The notes under the pieces are model-generated. The model made no database searches. It had not been told where the DNA came from and saw only the letters and a program-made list of their open reading frames with translations. From positions 30 through 64,029 of the forward strand of contig JAGAPC010000004.1 in NCBI GenBank assembly GCA_017623475.1: a stretch of 64,000 bases of DNA, given 5' to 3'. Positions 34,338 to 44,817 of this stretch are shown here, one piece after another. This DNA comes from Clostridia bacterium. GTDB taxonomy: Bacteria > Bacillota > Clostridia > Oscillospirales > UBA644. Position 1 is the stretch's first letter. Every line of letters begins with the position of its first letter. A program made the position numbers and the translations under genes.

Positions 34338-36965
34338 ATGACGGATATTATCACCGCACAGGGAGAAGTGATTCCCGTAAATAAACTTTCTCCTATGATG
34401 CGTCAGTATCTTGAACTGAAGCAACAATATAAAGACTGCATTCTCATGTACCGTCTCGGCGATTTTTACGAGATGTTCTTTGACGATGCCCGTACCGTCA
34501 GCCGGGAATTGGATCTGACGCTGACCGGGCGGGACTGCGGTCTGGAGGATCGGGCACCCATGTGCGGTGTGCCTTTTCACAGCGTTGATAACTATATATC
34601 TCGGTTGGTTTCCAGAGGCTTCAGCGTTACGATTTGCGAACAGAACAAGGCGGAAAATTCCAACGAAGTTTTGGGGCGCGAGGTAACCCGTGTGATCACT
34701 CCGGGAACGGTCACGGAGCCCACGATGCTCGATGAGAAGAAAAACAATTATATCGTCGGTATTTGCGCCGACGAGGGAAAAGTCGCCTTTTGTTACGCAG
34801 ATATTACCACCGGTGATTTCTTTTTAACCGACGTGTTCAAATTGTCCGATCCGTCATTGTTATCTCATTTGTGCCGTTATTCTCCCCGAGAGGCGTACCT
34901 GAACAAGTCTGCGAAGGATTCCACGTTGATTCGGGAATACTTTGCAAAATTAGGGCATTGTACCGTAAAAGAGGGCGATGCGGAAAGCTTCCGTCTCAAA
35001 GACTGTATGCGCCGTATCGAACAGCAAACCGGAAAGGCGATCCGCGATCTGGATCTTCCCGAAGGAGAATTGCTCCTGAAGGCAGCCGGCGGATTGCTGG
35101 ACTATCTGCAAAAAACGCAATTATGCGACCTTTCTCACATGAAAAATCTCCGTTATCTGACCGACGGCGATTCCATGGAAATCGATTACTCCACGTGGCG
35201 GAACCTCGAAATCGTCGAGACTCTGCGGACGAAGGAACGGCACGGCTCTCTTCTCGGCGTATTGGATAAAACCAGAACTGCTATGGGTGCCCGTCAGCTG
35301 CGTAAATTTTTGGAAAAACCCCTTTTGGATATTCCTTCGATTATGGCGCGGCAAGACGCGGTTCGAATTCTTTACGATTCCCACTTGGAGCGTACCGAGC
35401 TTCGGGATCTTTTGAATCACGTCCGCGACGTGCAACGGTTGATGACGAAAATCGTTTACGACACGCTGAACCCAAGAGATATGCGTGCGCTTTGCGTCAG
35501 TTTTTCCGTTTTCCCGCAGATCAAACGGATTTTAAGCTCGATGGAACCGAGCCTTCTGAAGAAGATCTATGCGGATTTAGATCCGTTGGAAGACATTACT
35601 TCAATGATTGAAGAAGCAATCGTGGAAGATCCGCCGATGCTGATTCGGGAAGGGAAAATGATCCGTTCCGGATACAACGAAAAATTAGACGAATTGCGTG
35701 AGCTTTTGAAAAACAGCAAGCAGGTTCTTGCCAATATCGAAACGGCGGAAAAGGAAAAGACCGGGATCAAAAATCTCAAGATCGGCTATAACAAAATTAT
35801 CGGCTATTTCCTTGAGGTTACAAAATTGAATACGCACCTCGTTCCAGATTATTACATCCGGAAGGGCACGCTCGTCAACGCGGAGCGATACATAACCCCC
35901 GAATTAAAGGAAATTGAGCTGCAGCTTGCAACGGCAAACGATCAGATCGTTCAAATCGAATACGACCTCTATACGGCGTTAAAAAAGCGATTGGCGGACG
36001 CTCTCGACCGGATCCGTCGCTCCGCAGACGCCATCGCGTTGTTGGATGCGCTGCTATCCTTGGCTCACGTTGCGTTGAAAAACAATTATAGCTGCCCCTT
36101 CGTCAACGAGGGGGACGTGATTGACATCAAAAACGGCCGCCATCCGGTGGTAGAATCGATGCTTCGGGACGATATGTTCGTCCCCAACGATACGTACCTG
36201 GATCGAAAGGACAACCGCACCGCGATCATTACCGGTCCGAATATGGCAGGAAAATCGACCTATATGCGTCAGGTAGCCATTATTATTCTCATGGCGCAGA
36301 TCGGTTCCTTCGTGCCTGCCTCAAGCGCAACCATCGGCGTTTGCGATAAGATCTTTACCCGCGTTGGCGCCTCCGACGATCTTGCGATGGGACAGTCAAC
36401 CTTTATGGTGGAAATGACCGAGGTTGCCTATATCGTGAAGAATGCAACGAAGAGATCCTTGATGATCTTTGATGAAATCGGTCGGGGAACTTCGACCTTT
36501 GACGGCATGAGCATCGCCCGTGCCGTGGTGGAATTCGTCACACAAAAAATCGGCGGAAAATCCCTGTTCGCAACCCACTATCATGAATTGATTGCCTTGG
36601 AGCAGGAAATGTCCGGCGTCCGAAATTACAATATAGCGGCAAAGAAAAAGGGGAAGGATATTTTGTTCCTCCGCAAGATCGTGGAGGGCGGAACCGACGA
36701 CAGCTACGGCGTTGAGGTTGCCCGCCTTGCAGGAGTTCCGGAGGAAATTATCCATCGGGCGGAGGTAATCCTTTCCGAATTGGAAGCTGCCCCCGCGTCT
36801 CGACCGGTTGCCTCCGTTCAGGAAGAGGATTTACAAATTTCCATGACCTCCGGTTACGCGGATGAAATTATTGAAACCTTAAAAAAGACCGACGCAACGC
36901 TTCTTACTCCCATCGAAGCGATGAACGAGCTTTATCGCCTTGCAAAGCAAGCAAAAGACATTTGA
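34338..36965 (+). CDS. mutS: DNA mismatch repair protein MutS
   Basis: 875 aa with TPMMRQYLELK, GPNMAGKSTYMRQ and STFMVEM motifs. Confidence 0.96.
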   Translation: MTDIITAQGEVIPVNKLSPMMRQYLELKQQYKDCILMYRLGDFYEMFFDDARTVSRELDLTLTGRDCGLEDRAPMCGVPFHSVDNYISRLVSRGFSVTICEQNKAENSNEVLGREVTRVITPGTVTEPTMLDEKKNNYIVGICADEGKVAFCYADITTGDFFLTDVFKLSDPSLLSHLCRYSPREAYLNKSAKDSTLIREYFAKLGHCTVKEGDAESFRLKDCMRRIEQQTGKAIRDLDLPEGELLLKAAGGLLDYLQKTQLCDLSHMKNLRYLTDGDSMEIDYSTWRNLEIVETLRTKERHGSLLGVLDKTRTAMGARQLRKFLEKPLLDIPSIMARQDAVRILYDSHLERTELRDLLNHVRDVQRLMTKIVYDTLNPRDMRALCVSFSVFPQIKRILSSMEPSLLKKIYADLDPLEDITSMIEEAIVEDPPMLIREGKMIRSGYNEKLDELRELLKNSKQVLANIETAEKEKTGIKNLKIGYNKIIGYFLEVTKLNTHLVPDYYIRKGTLVNAERYITPELKEIELQLATANDQIVQIEYDLYTALKKRLADALDRIRRSADAIALLDALLSLAHVALKNNYSCPFVNEGDVIDIKNGRHPVVESMLRDDMFVPNDTYLDRKDNRTAIITGPNMAGKSTYMRQVAIIILMAQIGSFVPASSATIGVCDKIFTRVGASDDLAMGQSTFMVEMTEVAYIVKNATKRSLMIFDEIGRGTSTFDGMSIARAVVEFVTQKIGGKSLFATHYHELIALEQEMSGVRNYNIAAKKKGKDILFLRKIVEGGTDDSYGVEVARLAGVPEEIIHRAEVILSELEAAPASRPVASVQEEDLQISMTSGYADEIIETLKKTDATLLTPIEAMNELYRLAKQAKDI

Positions 36966-36987
36966 TCATAAAAGAAAGGAATGACCT

Positions 36988-38955
36988 ATGCCGGAAATTC
37001 GCCTTCTTGATTCTTCGGTAATCAATTTGATTGCGGCAGGGGAGGTCGTGGACCGACCTGCTTCTGCAGTAAAGGAAATGGTTGAAAACGCCATTGATGC
37101 CGGCGCAAAGCATATTACCGTAGAAATTCGCCGCGGCGGTCTGGAGCAAATTCGGATCGTTGACGACGGATGCGGTATGTCTGCGGAAAATGCCCGAAAA
37201 GCATTTCTGAAACACGCGACCAGCAAAATTTCTTCCGGAGAAGATTTAAATCAAATTTCTACCCTTGGATTTCGCGGCGAGGCGTTGGCGGCGATTTCCG
37301 CCGTTTCCAAAATCACCTTGGCCACCAAAGAAACGGGGAAGACCTCGGGAATTCGTCTTGAGGTTTCCGAAGGGGATATTTTATCGGAAGAAGAATGCGG
37401 TTGCCCGGAAGGGTCCTGTTTCACCGTTCAGAATTTGTTTTTCAATACCCCTGCGCGGCTGAAATTCATGAAATCCGAGCCTGCAGAGGCAGGGGCGGTT
37501 CAATCCGTGATGGAAAAGCTTGCGTTATCCCATCCCCAAATTTCGTTCCGTTTTTCGGTCAACGGTGTGGAGCGCTTGCACACTCCGGGAAACGGTGATT
37601 TAAAGCAAACGGTCTTTTCTGTTTTTGGAAAAGAATTTGCAGAAATGTCCTTGCCTGCGGATTTGACCACCGGAAGCGTTCAAGTGAAAGGGCTGGTGGG
37701 AAAACCCATCTATTCGAAGGCAAACCGGAGCCGTCAGATCTTTTTCCTGAACGGACGCTACGTGCGTTCCCCCATCTTGATTTCCGGCTTTGAAGGTGCG
37801 TACAACAACAAAATGATGATCAGCCGCGTTCCCGTATGCGTCTTATTCATTGAAATGCCGGCGCACCAAGTGGACGTCAACGTTCACCCCAGCAAATTGG
37901 AAGTTAAATTTGCAGATGAAAATGCCGTATCCTACGCCGTGCGAAAGGCTACGGAAAATGCTCTTGCGTCCGATACAGGCATCGTGGAAATGAAATTCGC
38001 CGAGCCGACACGCCCTGCTGCTGTTCCCCCATCTCCCTTAAAAAGCGAGCCGTATAAAAAAGTTCCCAACGTTGCAAAACCGTTGGAAACACCTGTTAAA
38101 ATTGAAAAGCCTGTTTCATCACCGAAAAAAATCGCAAAACCGGAACCTCAAAAAGCAACCGTCGAAAAGTCCGGCTGGGTGATTACCGTTCCGGAGACGC
38201 AAAAGCCTGCAGATCAACTGATTTTAAGAGACGTGGCGTCCCAGGTCCGCACCTCAAATCCGGAAAAGAATATCCCTCAAATTTCCGTTATTCCGAACGT
38301 AGAAAAGGAAAATAAGTCGATTCCGGAATCGACGAAGGTTGAGGTAATTTCTCCGATATTGTCTCCCGCGAAAGAAGAACCGGTGCTGTTTCAGACAGAA
38401 CAACCGTTCCGAATGATCGGGGAGAGCTTTGATTGCTATATTTTAGTGGAAAAAGGAGAAGAAATTCTCTTTATCGACAAACACGCACTGCACGAGCGCA
38501 TGAATTTCGAACGGTTGCGAAAGAGTGATATCCCGGCGCAAGCACTGCTGAATCCGATCGTACTGCATATCGGGATCGATGAAAACCGGATTTTATCCGA
38601 AAATGCGGATTTTCTTTCCCGCTTCGGATTTATTTTAGAGTCCTTCGGAGACGATCTTTTAATTCGGGAAATTCCCGCCTTGATCGATCCGGAGCAGGCG
38701 GAATCCTTGTTGCAGCAATTTGCGGATTCCTTGTCCGTCGGTCGTGACGAGGCGCTTATGGATCGGTTCTATTACGATCTCGCCTGTAAAGCGTCCATTC
38801 GCTCCGGCAGTAAATCCACCCGTCCCGAATTGGAGGGCTTGGTGGCAGAATATTTCCGCAGAGAAAAGGAACTGCAATACTGTCCGCACGGACGCCCGAT
38901 CGTCTTTTCTCTGACGAAAAAATCCATCGAAAAACAGTTTAAACGATTGAAATGA
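36988..38955 (+). CDS. mutL: DNA mismatch repair protein MutL
   Basis: GHKL N-terminus IAAGEVVDRPASAVKEMVENAIDAG and a C-terminal dimerisation/endonuclease domain. Confidence 0.95.
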   Translation: MPEIRLLDSSVINLIAAGEVVDRPASAVKEMVENAIDAGAKHITVEIRRGGLEQIRIVDDGCGMSAENARKAFLKHATSKISSGEDLNQISTLGFRGEALAAISAVSKITLATKETGKTSGIRLEVSEGDILSEEECGCPEGSCFTVQNLFFNTPARLKFMKSEPAEAGAVQSVMEKLALSHPQISFRFSVNGVERLHTPGNGDLKQTVFSVFGKEFAEMSLPADLTTGSVQVKGLVGKPIYSKANRSRQIFFLNGRYVRSPILISGFEGAYNNKMMISRVPVCVLFIEMPAHQVDVNVHPSKLEVKFADENAVSYAVRKATENALASDTGIVEMKFAEPTRPAAVPPSPLKSEPYKKVPNVAKPLETPVKIEKPVSSPKKIAKPEPQKATVEKSGWVITVPETQKPADQLILRDVASQVRTSNPEKNIPQISVIPNVEKENKSIPESTKVEVISPILSPAKEEPVLFQTEQPFRMIGESFDCYILVEKGEEILFIDKHALHERMNFERLRKSDIPAQALLNPIVLHIGIDENRILSENADFLSRFGFILESFGDDLLIREIPALIDPEQAESLLQQFADSLSVGRDEALMDRFYYDLACKASIRSGSKSTRPELEGLVAEYFRREKELQYCPHGRPIVFSLTKKSIEKQFKRLK

Positions 38956-38963
38956 GTTGACTT

Positions 38964-39914
38964 ATGAAGCCCCTTGTTGTTGTCATCGTCGGTCCGACCG
39001 CCTCCGGAAAAACGAAGCTGTCCATTGAGCTTGCAAAGCGATTCGACGGAGAGATTATTTCAGCCGATTCTATGCAGATTTACCGTCGCATGAATATTGG
39101 TACGGCAAAGCCGACGGAAGAAGAAACGTTCGGAATTCCCCATCATTTGATGGATTTTTTAGAACCGACGGAGGAATATACCTTAAAACAGTATTTGGAA
39201 GATGCAAACCGTTGCGTTCAGGATATTCTTTCCCGCAATAAACTCCCGATCCTCGTCGGAGGCACGGGACTTTACGTTTCTTCCTTTCTGAATAATTTAA
39301 CCTTATCGGAAGAGCCCGTGGACGAATCGTACCGCGCGGCGTTGGAGAATGATTACGAGAAGCTTGGGGGAGAAGTAATGCTTTCCCGTCTTTCCGAAAT
39401 CGATCCGGAGCTTGCAGCACGCTTGTTTCCAAAGGATAAAAAACGTATTCTGCGCGGATTAGAGGTTTTTCACAACACGGGAATTACCCAATCGGAGCAA
39501 AACCGTCGAGCGATGGAGCAGGAAAGTCCCTACCAGTTTCTCTGTTTTGGCTTAACTGCAGAGGACCGTGCGGTTTTATATCAACGGATTGATCAGCGCG
39601 TCGAAACAATGATGGAAGCCGGTCTATTGGAGGAAGTTCGTTTATTGCAAGATATTCCTTGCTCCCGAACCGCACGGCAAGCCATCGGATATCGACAGTT
39701 TGACTCCTATTTTGCAGGGGAGACCTCTTTGGAAGAGGTCGTTGATCAGATCAAGAAAGAAAGTCGAAATTACGCGAAAAGACAATTAACTTGGTTTCGG
39801 AGAGAAAAGCGGATTCAATGGTTCTCGGTCGATCTTTTGAATTTTGACAATATTCTGAACTCTTGTTGCGAACGTATAGCCAAACACATAGAAGTATGGT
39901 ATAATAATAAATAA
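38964..39914 (+). CDS. miaA: tRNA dimethylallyltransferase MiaA
   Basis: P-loop GPTASGKT, DSMQIYR and GGTGLY motifs. Confidence 0.95.
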   Translation: MKPLVVVIVGPTASGKTKLSIELAKRFDGEIISADSMQIYRRMNIGTAKPTEEETFGIPHHLMDFLEPTEEYTLKQYLEDANRCVQDILSRNKLPILVGGTGLYVSSFLNNLTLSEEPVDESYRAALENDYEKLGGEVMLSRLSEIDPELAARLFPKDKKRILRGLEVFHNTGITQSEQNRRAMEQESPYQFLCFGLTAEDRAVLYQRIDQRVETMMEAGLLEEVRLLQDIPCSRTARQAIGYRQFDSYFAGETSLEEVVDQIKKESRNYAKRQLTWFRREKRIQWFSVDLLNFDNILNSCCERIAKHIEVWYNNK

Positions 39915-39998
39915 GGTAACTGTAACATTTTTCTGTTTGCCTTTTCAAGACACGTAAACCAACACATACAAACAATTATCTCAACGAGGTACCTGCTT

Positions 39999-40226
39999 AT
40001 GTCCGAAGAAATCAAAACGTCTGAACGCGCGAATCACGGGAATATTCAAGAGACCTTTTTGAACTATGCCCGAAAGAACAAAACGCCCATTATCGTTTAT
40101 CTTATCAGCGGTTTTCAGATGCGCGGCATCATAAAAAGCTTTGATAATTTCGTTATTTTGCTGGAATCGGATGGAAAAGAAAGCATGATTTATAAGCACG
40201 CAATTTCCACCGTTTCTCCGATCTGA
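39999..40226 (+). CDS. hfq: RNA chaperone Hfq
   Basis: Sm1/Sm2 motifs: IQETFLN...[24 protein letters not shown]....MIYKHAIST. Confidence 0.9.
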   Translation: MSEEIKTSERANHGNIQETFLNYARKNKTPIIVYLISGFQMRGIIKSFDNFVILLESDGKESMIYKHAISTVSPI

Positions 40227-40232
40227 TGCTTT

Positions 40233-41474
40233 ATGAAAAGTAAGGTCAGCATTGTTTTTTTCTGGATTCTGGTTGCCGTCGTTTTCGTATATCTTGCGGC
40301 AAGCATTATTCCTTCCATGTTTTCTTCCGAAGAGATTACCGTTTCTCCCGCGTTATCCATCGTCTATGACGACGTTTTGACCGTTACCGGGATTGCCCTT
40401 CGCGACGAAATCCTCGTATCCGCCAACGGAACGCCTACGTCCATTGATTACAAGGTTTCGGATGGGGATCGGGTTTCAATCGGCGACGCCGTTGCTACCT
40501 ACAGCACCGTTCAAGCGCCGGTCAAGGATCGTCTTGCAGTAGAAGTCATCGACCGGAAAATCGCTCTTTTAAAAGAATGCGTTTCCTCTACGACCCAATA
40601 CGACTTAAAAACGCTGGATTCAAAAACGAAAGATGCGATTGAATCGTATCTTTCCACGGCGCAGGGTCAGGATATCTCAAAGGCGTTGGATGCGTCGGTT
40701 CAGGTTTCTTCCTGCTTCATAAAACGAGACATGAAGGTATCCGGGGACAAGTCTTATTACAAAAATATCCTTGAAAATTGCGAATCGACCCGTTCCACCC
40801 TTTTAACCGGAACCAACACGCAGCAGACCGGGGTTTACGCTTCCCAAGCCGGTTATTTCTCTTCACAGTTTGACGGATATGAGTCGTTAAAGGCTTCGGA
40901 CTACAAAAATTGCACTCCCGATACCGTCCGGGACTTACTCGCAAAAACGCCGGGCGCAAGACCGGAGGATTACGTGGGCAAATTACAGCATTTCTCTTAT
41001 TGGACGTATCTTTGCACCGTTCCGGAAAGCGAGGCGTCCCGCTTTGAGATAGATACCGTATGGACCTTCCGATTTGATACCGTTGCTTACGGCACGCAAA
41101 CCGTTACCATGACGGTAAAAAGCGTTTCCGATCCGCTGGATGGACAGGTATCCATCGCCTTTGAATGTTCTTCGTTTAACGAAGCGTTGTTTTCTCTCCG
41201 AATTTGTAACGCACAAATCGTTTTGCGTTCTTATTCCGGCTATAAGATCAATAAAAACGCGATTCGAGTTCACGAAGGGGAGACCGGCGTGTACGTTCTT
41301 TCCGGTGCGAAATTAGTATTTAAGCCCTTGACGATACTTTATCGTGACGAGATTCGTGATTTTGCAGTGGTCACGCCGAACACGAATTCCCCCTCCAGAA
41401 CGCTGATCCTCAACGATTCCGTAGTCGTCGGCGGGAAAGAGGTTTATGACGGAAAGGTAGTAAATATCAACTGA
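40233..41474 (+). CDS. HlyD-like membrane-fusion/barrel-sandwich protein with N-terminal TM anchor
   Basis: 413 aa with one N-terminal TM helix and a lipoyl-like hairpin motif (VSDGDRVSIGDAVATY). Confidence 0.55.
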   Translation: MKSKVSIVFFWILVAVVFVYLAASIIPSMFSSEEITVSPALSIVYDDVLTVTGIALRDEILVSANGTPTSIDYKVSDGDRVSIGDAVATYSTVQAPVKDRLAVEVIDRKIALLKECVSSTTQYDLKTLDSKTKDAIESYLSTAQGQDISKALDASVQVSSCFIKRDMKVSGDKSYYKNILENCESTRSTLLTGTNTQQTGVYASQAGYFSSQFDGYESLKASDYKNCTPDTVRDLLAKTPGARPEDYVGKLQHFSYWTYLCTVPESEASRFEIDTVWTFRFDTVAYGTQTVTMTVKSVSDPLDGQVSIAFECSSFNEALFSLRICNAQIVLRSYSGYKINKNAIRVHEGETGVYVLSGAKLVFKPLTILYRDEIRDFAVVTPNTNSPSRTLILNDSVVVGGKEVYDGKVVNIN

Positions 41475-42127
41475 TGATTCGAGATAATTATCTGCGTATT
41501 CAAGAAGAAATTTCCCGTATTACTGCGGAAAACGGCATCGGACAAAAGGTCACGATCGTTGCCGTTACGAAAAATCAGCCGGAAGCGGTAATTCCGGAGC
41601 TTGCGTCTCTCGGGGTTTCTGATTTTGCAGAAAACCGCGTTTCGGCACTCTTGGAGCGTGCCCCCTTGATGAACGGTACGCGACATCTGATTGGGCATCT
41701 GCAAACGAACAAGGTGAAAAAAGCAATTTCCTGCGCGGACTTGATCCATTCGGTGGATTCTCTCCATCTGGCCCGGGAAATCAGCCGTTGTTCCGGGATT
41801 GCAAATCAGGTCACCGATATTTTAATTCAAGTCAATATTGCAAAAGAACCGCAAAAATTCGGTGTTTATGAAGAGGATTTAGACGATCTGCTTCAAAACG
41901 TCGCAAGCCTGCCAAACCTTCGGATCCGCGGTTTGATGGCAATCATGCCCATTGAAACAAAGGACGAATATTACGGTAAAATGTACGATTTATATCGAAA
42001 ATATTCGGAAAATAAACTGTATAATGTATCTATGGATATCTTGTCTATGGGTATGAGTAATGATTATGAAACAGCCGTTCGTTACGGCTCGAACATGATT
42101 CGTGTCGGAACAGCGTTGTACTTATAA
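41474..42127 (+). CDS. yggS: YggS/YlmE-family PLP homeostasis protein
   Basis: 217 aa with VAVTKNQ (PLP lysine), HLIGHLQTNKVK and MGMSNDYE motifs. Confidence 0.9.
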   Translation: MIRDNYLRIQEEISRITAENGIGQKVTIVAVTKNQPEAVIPELASLGVSDFAENRVSALLERAPLMNGTRHLIGHLQTNKVKKAISCADLIHSVDSLHLAREISRCSGIANQVTDILIQVNIAKEPQKFGVYEEDLDDLLQNVASLPNLRIRGLMAIMPIETKDEYYGKMYDLYRKYSENKLYNVSMDILSMGMSNDYETAVRYGSNMIRVGTALYL

Positions 42128-42149
42128 AAAAAGAGAAAGGACATATGCT

Positions 42150-42539
42150 ATGGGACTGTTTGACCGTTTTTCCCTTAAGGAAGAGGAAGAAGATCTGGAA
42201 TTAGAAGAAGAGGTTGCTTTATCGGACAAGAGGGAAGCTCCTGCTTCTGCCGTTCCCGGAAAAGCAAAAAAGCAATTCGTACTCTTTCGCCCCAACGATC
42301 CGTCGAACGATCAGTTATTGACGATCGCCGATCATTTGCTCAATCATGAATCCGTTATTCTGAATTTAGAGCTGATTGCAAAGGATGCCCGTCATTTCAT
42401 TGATTTCTTAAGCGGCGTTGCCTACGCGATGCAGGGAAACACGAAAAAAATCGCATCCAACACGTTTCTTATTACCCCCGGCGGAATTGAGGTTACGGGC
42501 GATATCGCCGCAAGCCTCGATCTGGAACTGAAGTTTTAA
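42150..42539 (+). CDS. sepF: Cell division protein SepF
   Basis: MGLFDRF N-terminal membrane-targeting helix, an acidic linker and a conserved C-terminal SepF core. Confidence 0.85.
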   Translation: MGLFDRFSLKEEEEDLELEEEVALSDKREAPASAVPGKAKKQFVLFRPNDPSNDQLLTIADHLLNHESVILNLELIAKDARHFIDFLSGVAYAMQGNTKKIASNTFLITPGGIEVTGDIAASLDLELKF

Positions 42540-42569
42540 AAGAAAAAAAGTTATATAAGGAGAATTGTT

Positions 42570-43361
42570 ATGATTACACCGAAAGAAATCGAAACGAAAG
42601 AATTTACCACCACGAAAGGCGGTGGCTACAGAGGGGATGAGGTCGATCAATTCCTCGATGAAATTCTCGTTGATTATACCCGCCTTTTAGAAGAGCGCAA
42701 CGCGCTGAAAAACAAAGTCAATCTTTTGACTGAAAAATTGAACGAGGTGGCAAAGATTCCCGCCGCGGAACCCGTTGTGGTTGAATCGGTTACGGCTCCC
42801 GTAGTAGTTCCTCAAGAGCCTTCGGAAGTTCTGGATGAAGCCCGTAAAAAGGCGGATCGTTTGGTTGCCGATGCGGAAGATTACGCTAAAAAGTTGATCG
42901 AAACCGCACAGTACGAAGCGAATCGCCAAAACGCCGTCACCCAAAAGCTGACCGGCGAAATCGAAGCCTTCAAAAAATCCCTGTTGGACACCTACGCTAA
43001 CCACGTTAAAATGGTAGAAGAAATCCCCAACATGAAATTTGAAGATATCAAAGTCGGCTCAGAGACCTTGGAAATCCTGAATCAATCCTTCAACGATGAT
43101 TCCACCGCGGAAGTAGTCGCTGAGATTTCCACCGATGATTCCATTGACGCTTCCGGTGTGATTTCCGATGAAGTTGATTTCGACGAAGATCTTTTCGAAA
43201 AATCTGCGAAACGCACCTCCGAAAAGCGGACTGCCAAAGGCTTGGAAGATCTGTTTGACGATGAAGAACCCAAAAAGAAAGAGCCGAAAAAGAAGTTGAA
43301 ATTGTTCTTCCGCGACGAAGACGATGACGACGACGACTTCTTCGATGACGACGAAGATTGA
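42570..43361 (+). CDS. divIVA: DivIVA-domain protein with poly-acidic tail
   Basis: N-terminus ITPKEIETKEF......GYRGDEVDQFLDEI, a coiled coil and the C-terminal DEDDDDDDFFDDDED. Confidence 0.85.
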   Translation: MITPKEIETKEFTTTKGGGYRGDEVDQFLDEILVDYTRLLEERNALKNKVNLLTEKLNEVAKIPAAEPVVVESVTAPVVVPQEPSEVLDEARKKADRLVADAEDYAKKLIETAQYEANRQNAVTQKLTGEIEAFKKSLLDTYANHVKMVEEIPNMKFEDIKVGSETLEILNQSFNDDSTAEVVAEISTDDSIDASGVISDEVDFDEDLFEKSAKRTSEKRTAKGLEDLFDDEEPKKKEPKKKLKLFFRDEDDDDDDFFDDDED

Positions 43362-43366
43362 TTAGA

Positions 43367-43846
43367 ATGAAGCGTTCTGCCCATGCAGAATGGTTCGGTT
43401 ATTTGCTGATTTTCACGTCTATCGTCGGCTTGGATCAGTTGGTAAAAATCTTGGCTTTTCAATATCTTCAGCCAATTTCGACCTATGAACTGCTGCCCGG
43501 TGTTTTTCGCTTGCAATATTGCGAAAACACCGGCGCGGCGTTTAGTATCCTTGCCGGACAAACGTGGTTTTTCATTCTTTTGACCGTACTGTTTTGCTCC
43601 GTTATCATATTCCTTTTGCTGCGAGGTTCCATCCATTCTGCCGCCGCCCGCATCGCGTTGGTTTGCGTTGTTTCCGGAGGAATCGGCAATCTGATCGACC
43701 GCGTTTTCCGCGGATTCGTCGTGGATATGTTTGATTTTTATTTGATTAACTTTGCGGTTTTTAACGTCGCAGACATTTTCGTATGTTGCGGCTCTGCCTT
43801 ATTTATTCTTCTGTTCCTTTCTTCAAAAGGAGAGATTCTTGACTGA
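43367..43846 (+). CDS. lspA: Lipoprotein signal peptidase II
   Basis: NTGAAFS, GGIGNLIDR and FNVAD motifs with four TM helices. Confidence 0.9.
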   Translation: MKRSAHAEWFGYLLIFTSIVGLDQLVKILAFQYLQPISTYELLPGVFRLQYCENTGAAFSILAGQTWFFILLTVLFCSVIIFLLLRGSIHSAAARIALVCVVSGGIGNLIDRVFRGFVVDMFDFYLINFAVFNVADIFVCCGSALFILLFLSSKGEILD

Positions 43847-44784
43847 TGACCAGGCGTACAATATCCGTACCTGCGGATACGAAACCGGAACGGATTGATA
43901 AATATCTTTCCGTTGTTCTGAATAACGATGCCGAGCAGATTTTTTCTCGCTCGGCTGTTTCGGTTTTATTGGAGCAGGGTAACGTAATTTTAAACAGCGC
44001 TCCGGCAGGGAAGAGCGTTAAGGTGAAGGGGGGAGACGTTATTATCGTCGAAATTCCCGATCCGAAACCGTTAGAGGCTATTCCGCAAGCAATTCCGTTA
44101 AATATTGTTTATGAGGATCGTCATCTTTTAGTTGTAAACAAGCAGCAAGGAATGGTCGTTCATCCGGCAGCGGGGAATCCCGACGGAACTTTGGTCAACG
44201 CCCTTTTGTTCCACTGTCAAGGAGAATTATCCGGAATCAACGGCGTTTTACGCCCCGGTATCGTACATCGAATTGACAAGGACACCTCAGGGCTTTTGAT
44301 CGTTGCCAAAACGAACGACGCACATCTCGGACTTGCCGAGCAAATTAAAGAACATTCGTTTCTTCGGGAATACGAAGCGGTTGTTATCGGATGTCTCAAG
44401 GAATCCTCAGGAACCATCGATGCGCCGATCGGTCGTGATCCAAAAGACCGAAAGAAAATGGCAATCACTCCGGTCAATTCAAAAAACGCCATTACACATT
44501 ATCAGGTTCTGGAAGAATTTAGGGGCTATTCACACGTCCGCTTCCGCCTGGAAACGGGACGCACCCATCAAATCCGGGTTCATATGTCGTCAAAGGGACA
44601 CGCCATTGCGGGCGATCCCGTATATGCGCCGAAAAATGCCGATTCCCTTGGGCTTTCCGGTCAGTGTCTCCACGCAAAAAAGATTGGTTTCGTCCACCCG
44701 ATCTCCGGGAAATATATGGAATTCGATTCCTCCTTACCACCCTATTTTACGGCTCTTCTACAAAAATTAAAACAGATGCAATAA
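43846..44784 (+). CDS. rluD: RluD-type 23S rRNA pseudouridine synthase
   Basis: N-terminal S4 domain and the catalytic HRIDKDTSGLL motif. Confidence 0.9.
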   Translation: MTRRTISVPADTKPERIDKYLSVVLNNDAEQIFSRSAVSVLLEQGNVILNSAPAGKSVKVKGGDVIIVEIPDPKPLEAIPQAIPLNIVYEDRHLLVVNKQQGMVVHPAAGNPDGTLVNALLFHCQGELSGINGVLRPGIVHRIDKDTSGLLIVAKTNDAHLGLAEQIKEHSFLREYEAVVIGCLKESSGTIDAPIGRDPKDRKKMAITPVNSKNAITHYQVLEEFRGYSHVRFRLETGRTHQIRVHMSSKGHAIAGDPVYAPKNADSLGLSGQCLHAKKIGFVHPISGKYMEFDSSLPPYFTALLQKLKQMQ

Positions 44785-44817
44785 ACTGCACACCGTCATG
44801 ATGTGCAGTTTTTTTTA
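44784..44817. terminator. Bidirectional terminator at the rluD / recombinase convergence point
   Basis: 9-bp stem AACTGCACA / TGTGCAGTT followed by TTTTTTT. Confidence 0.85.
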
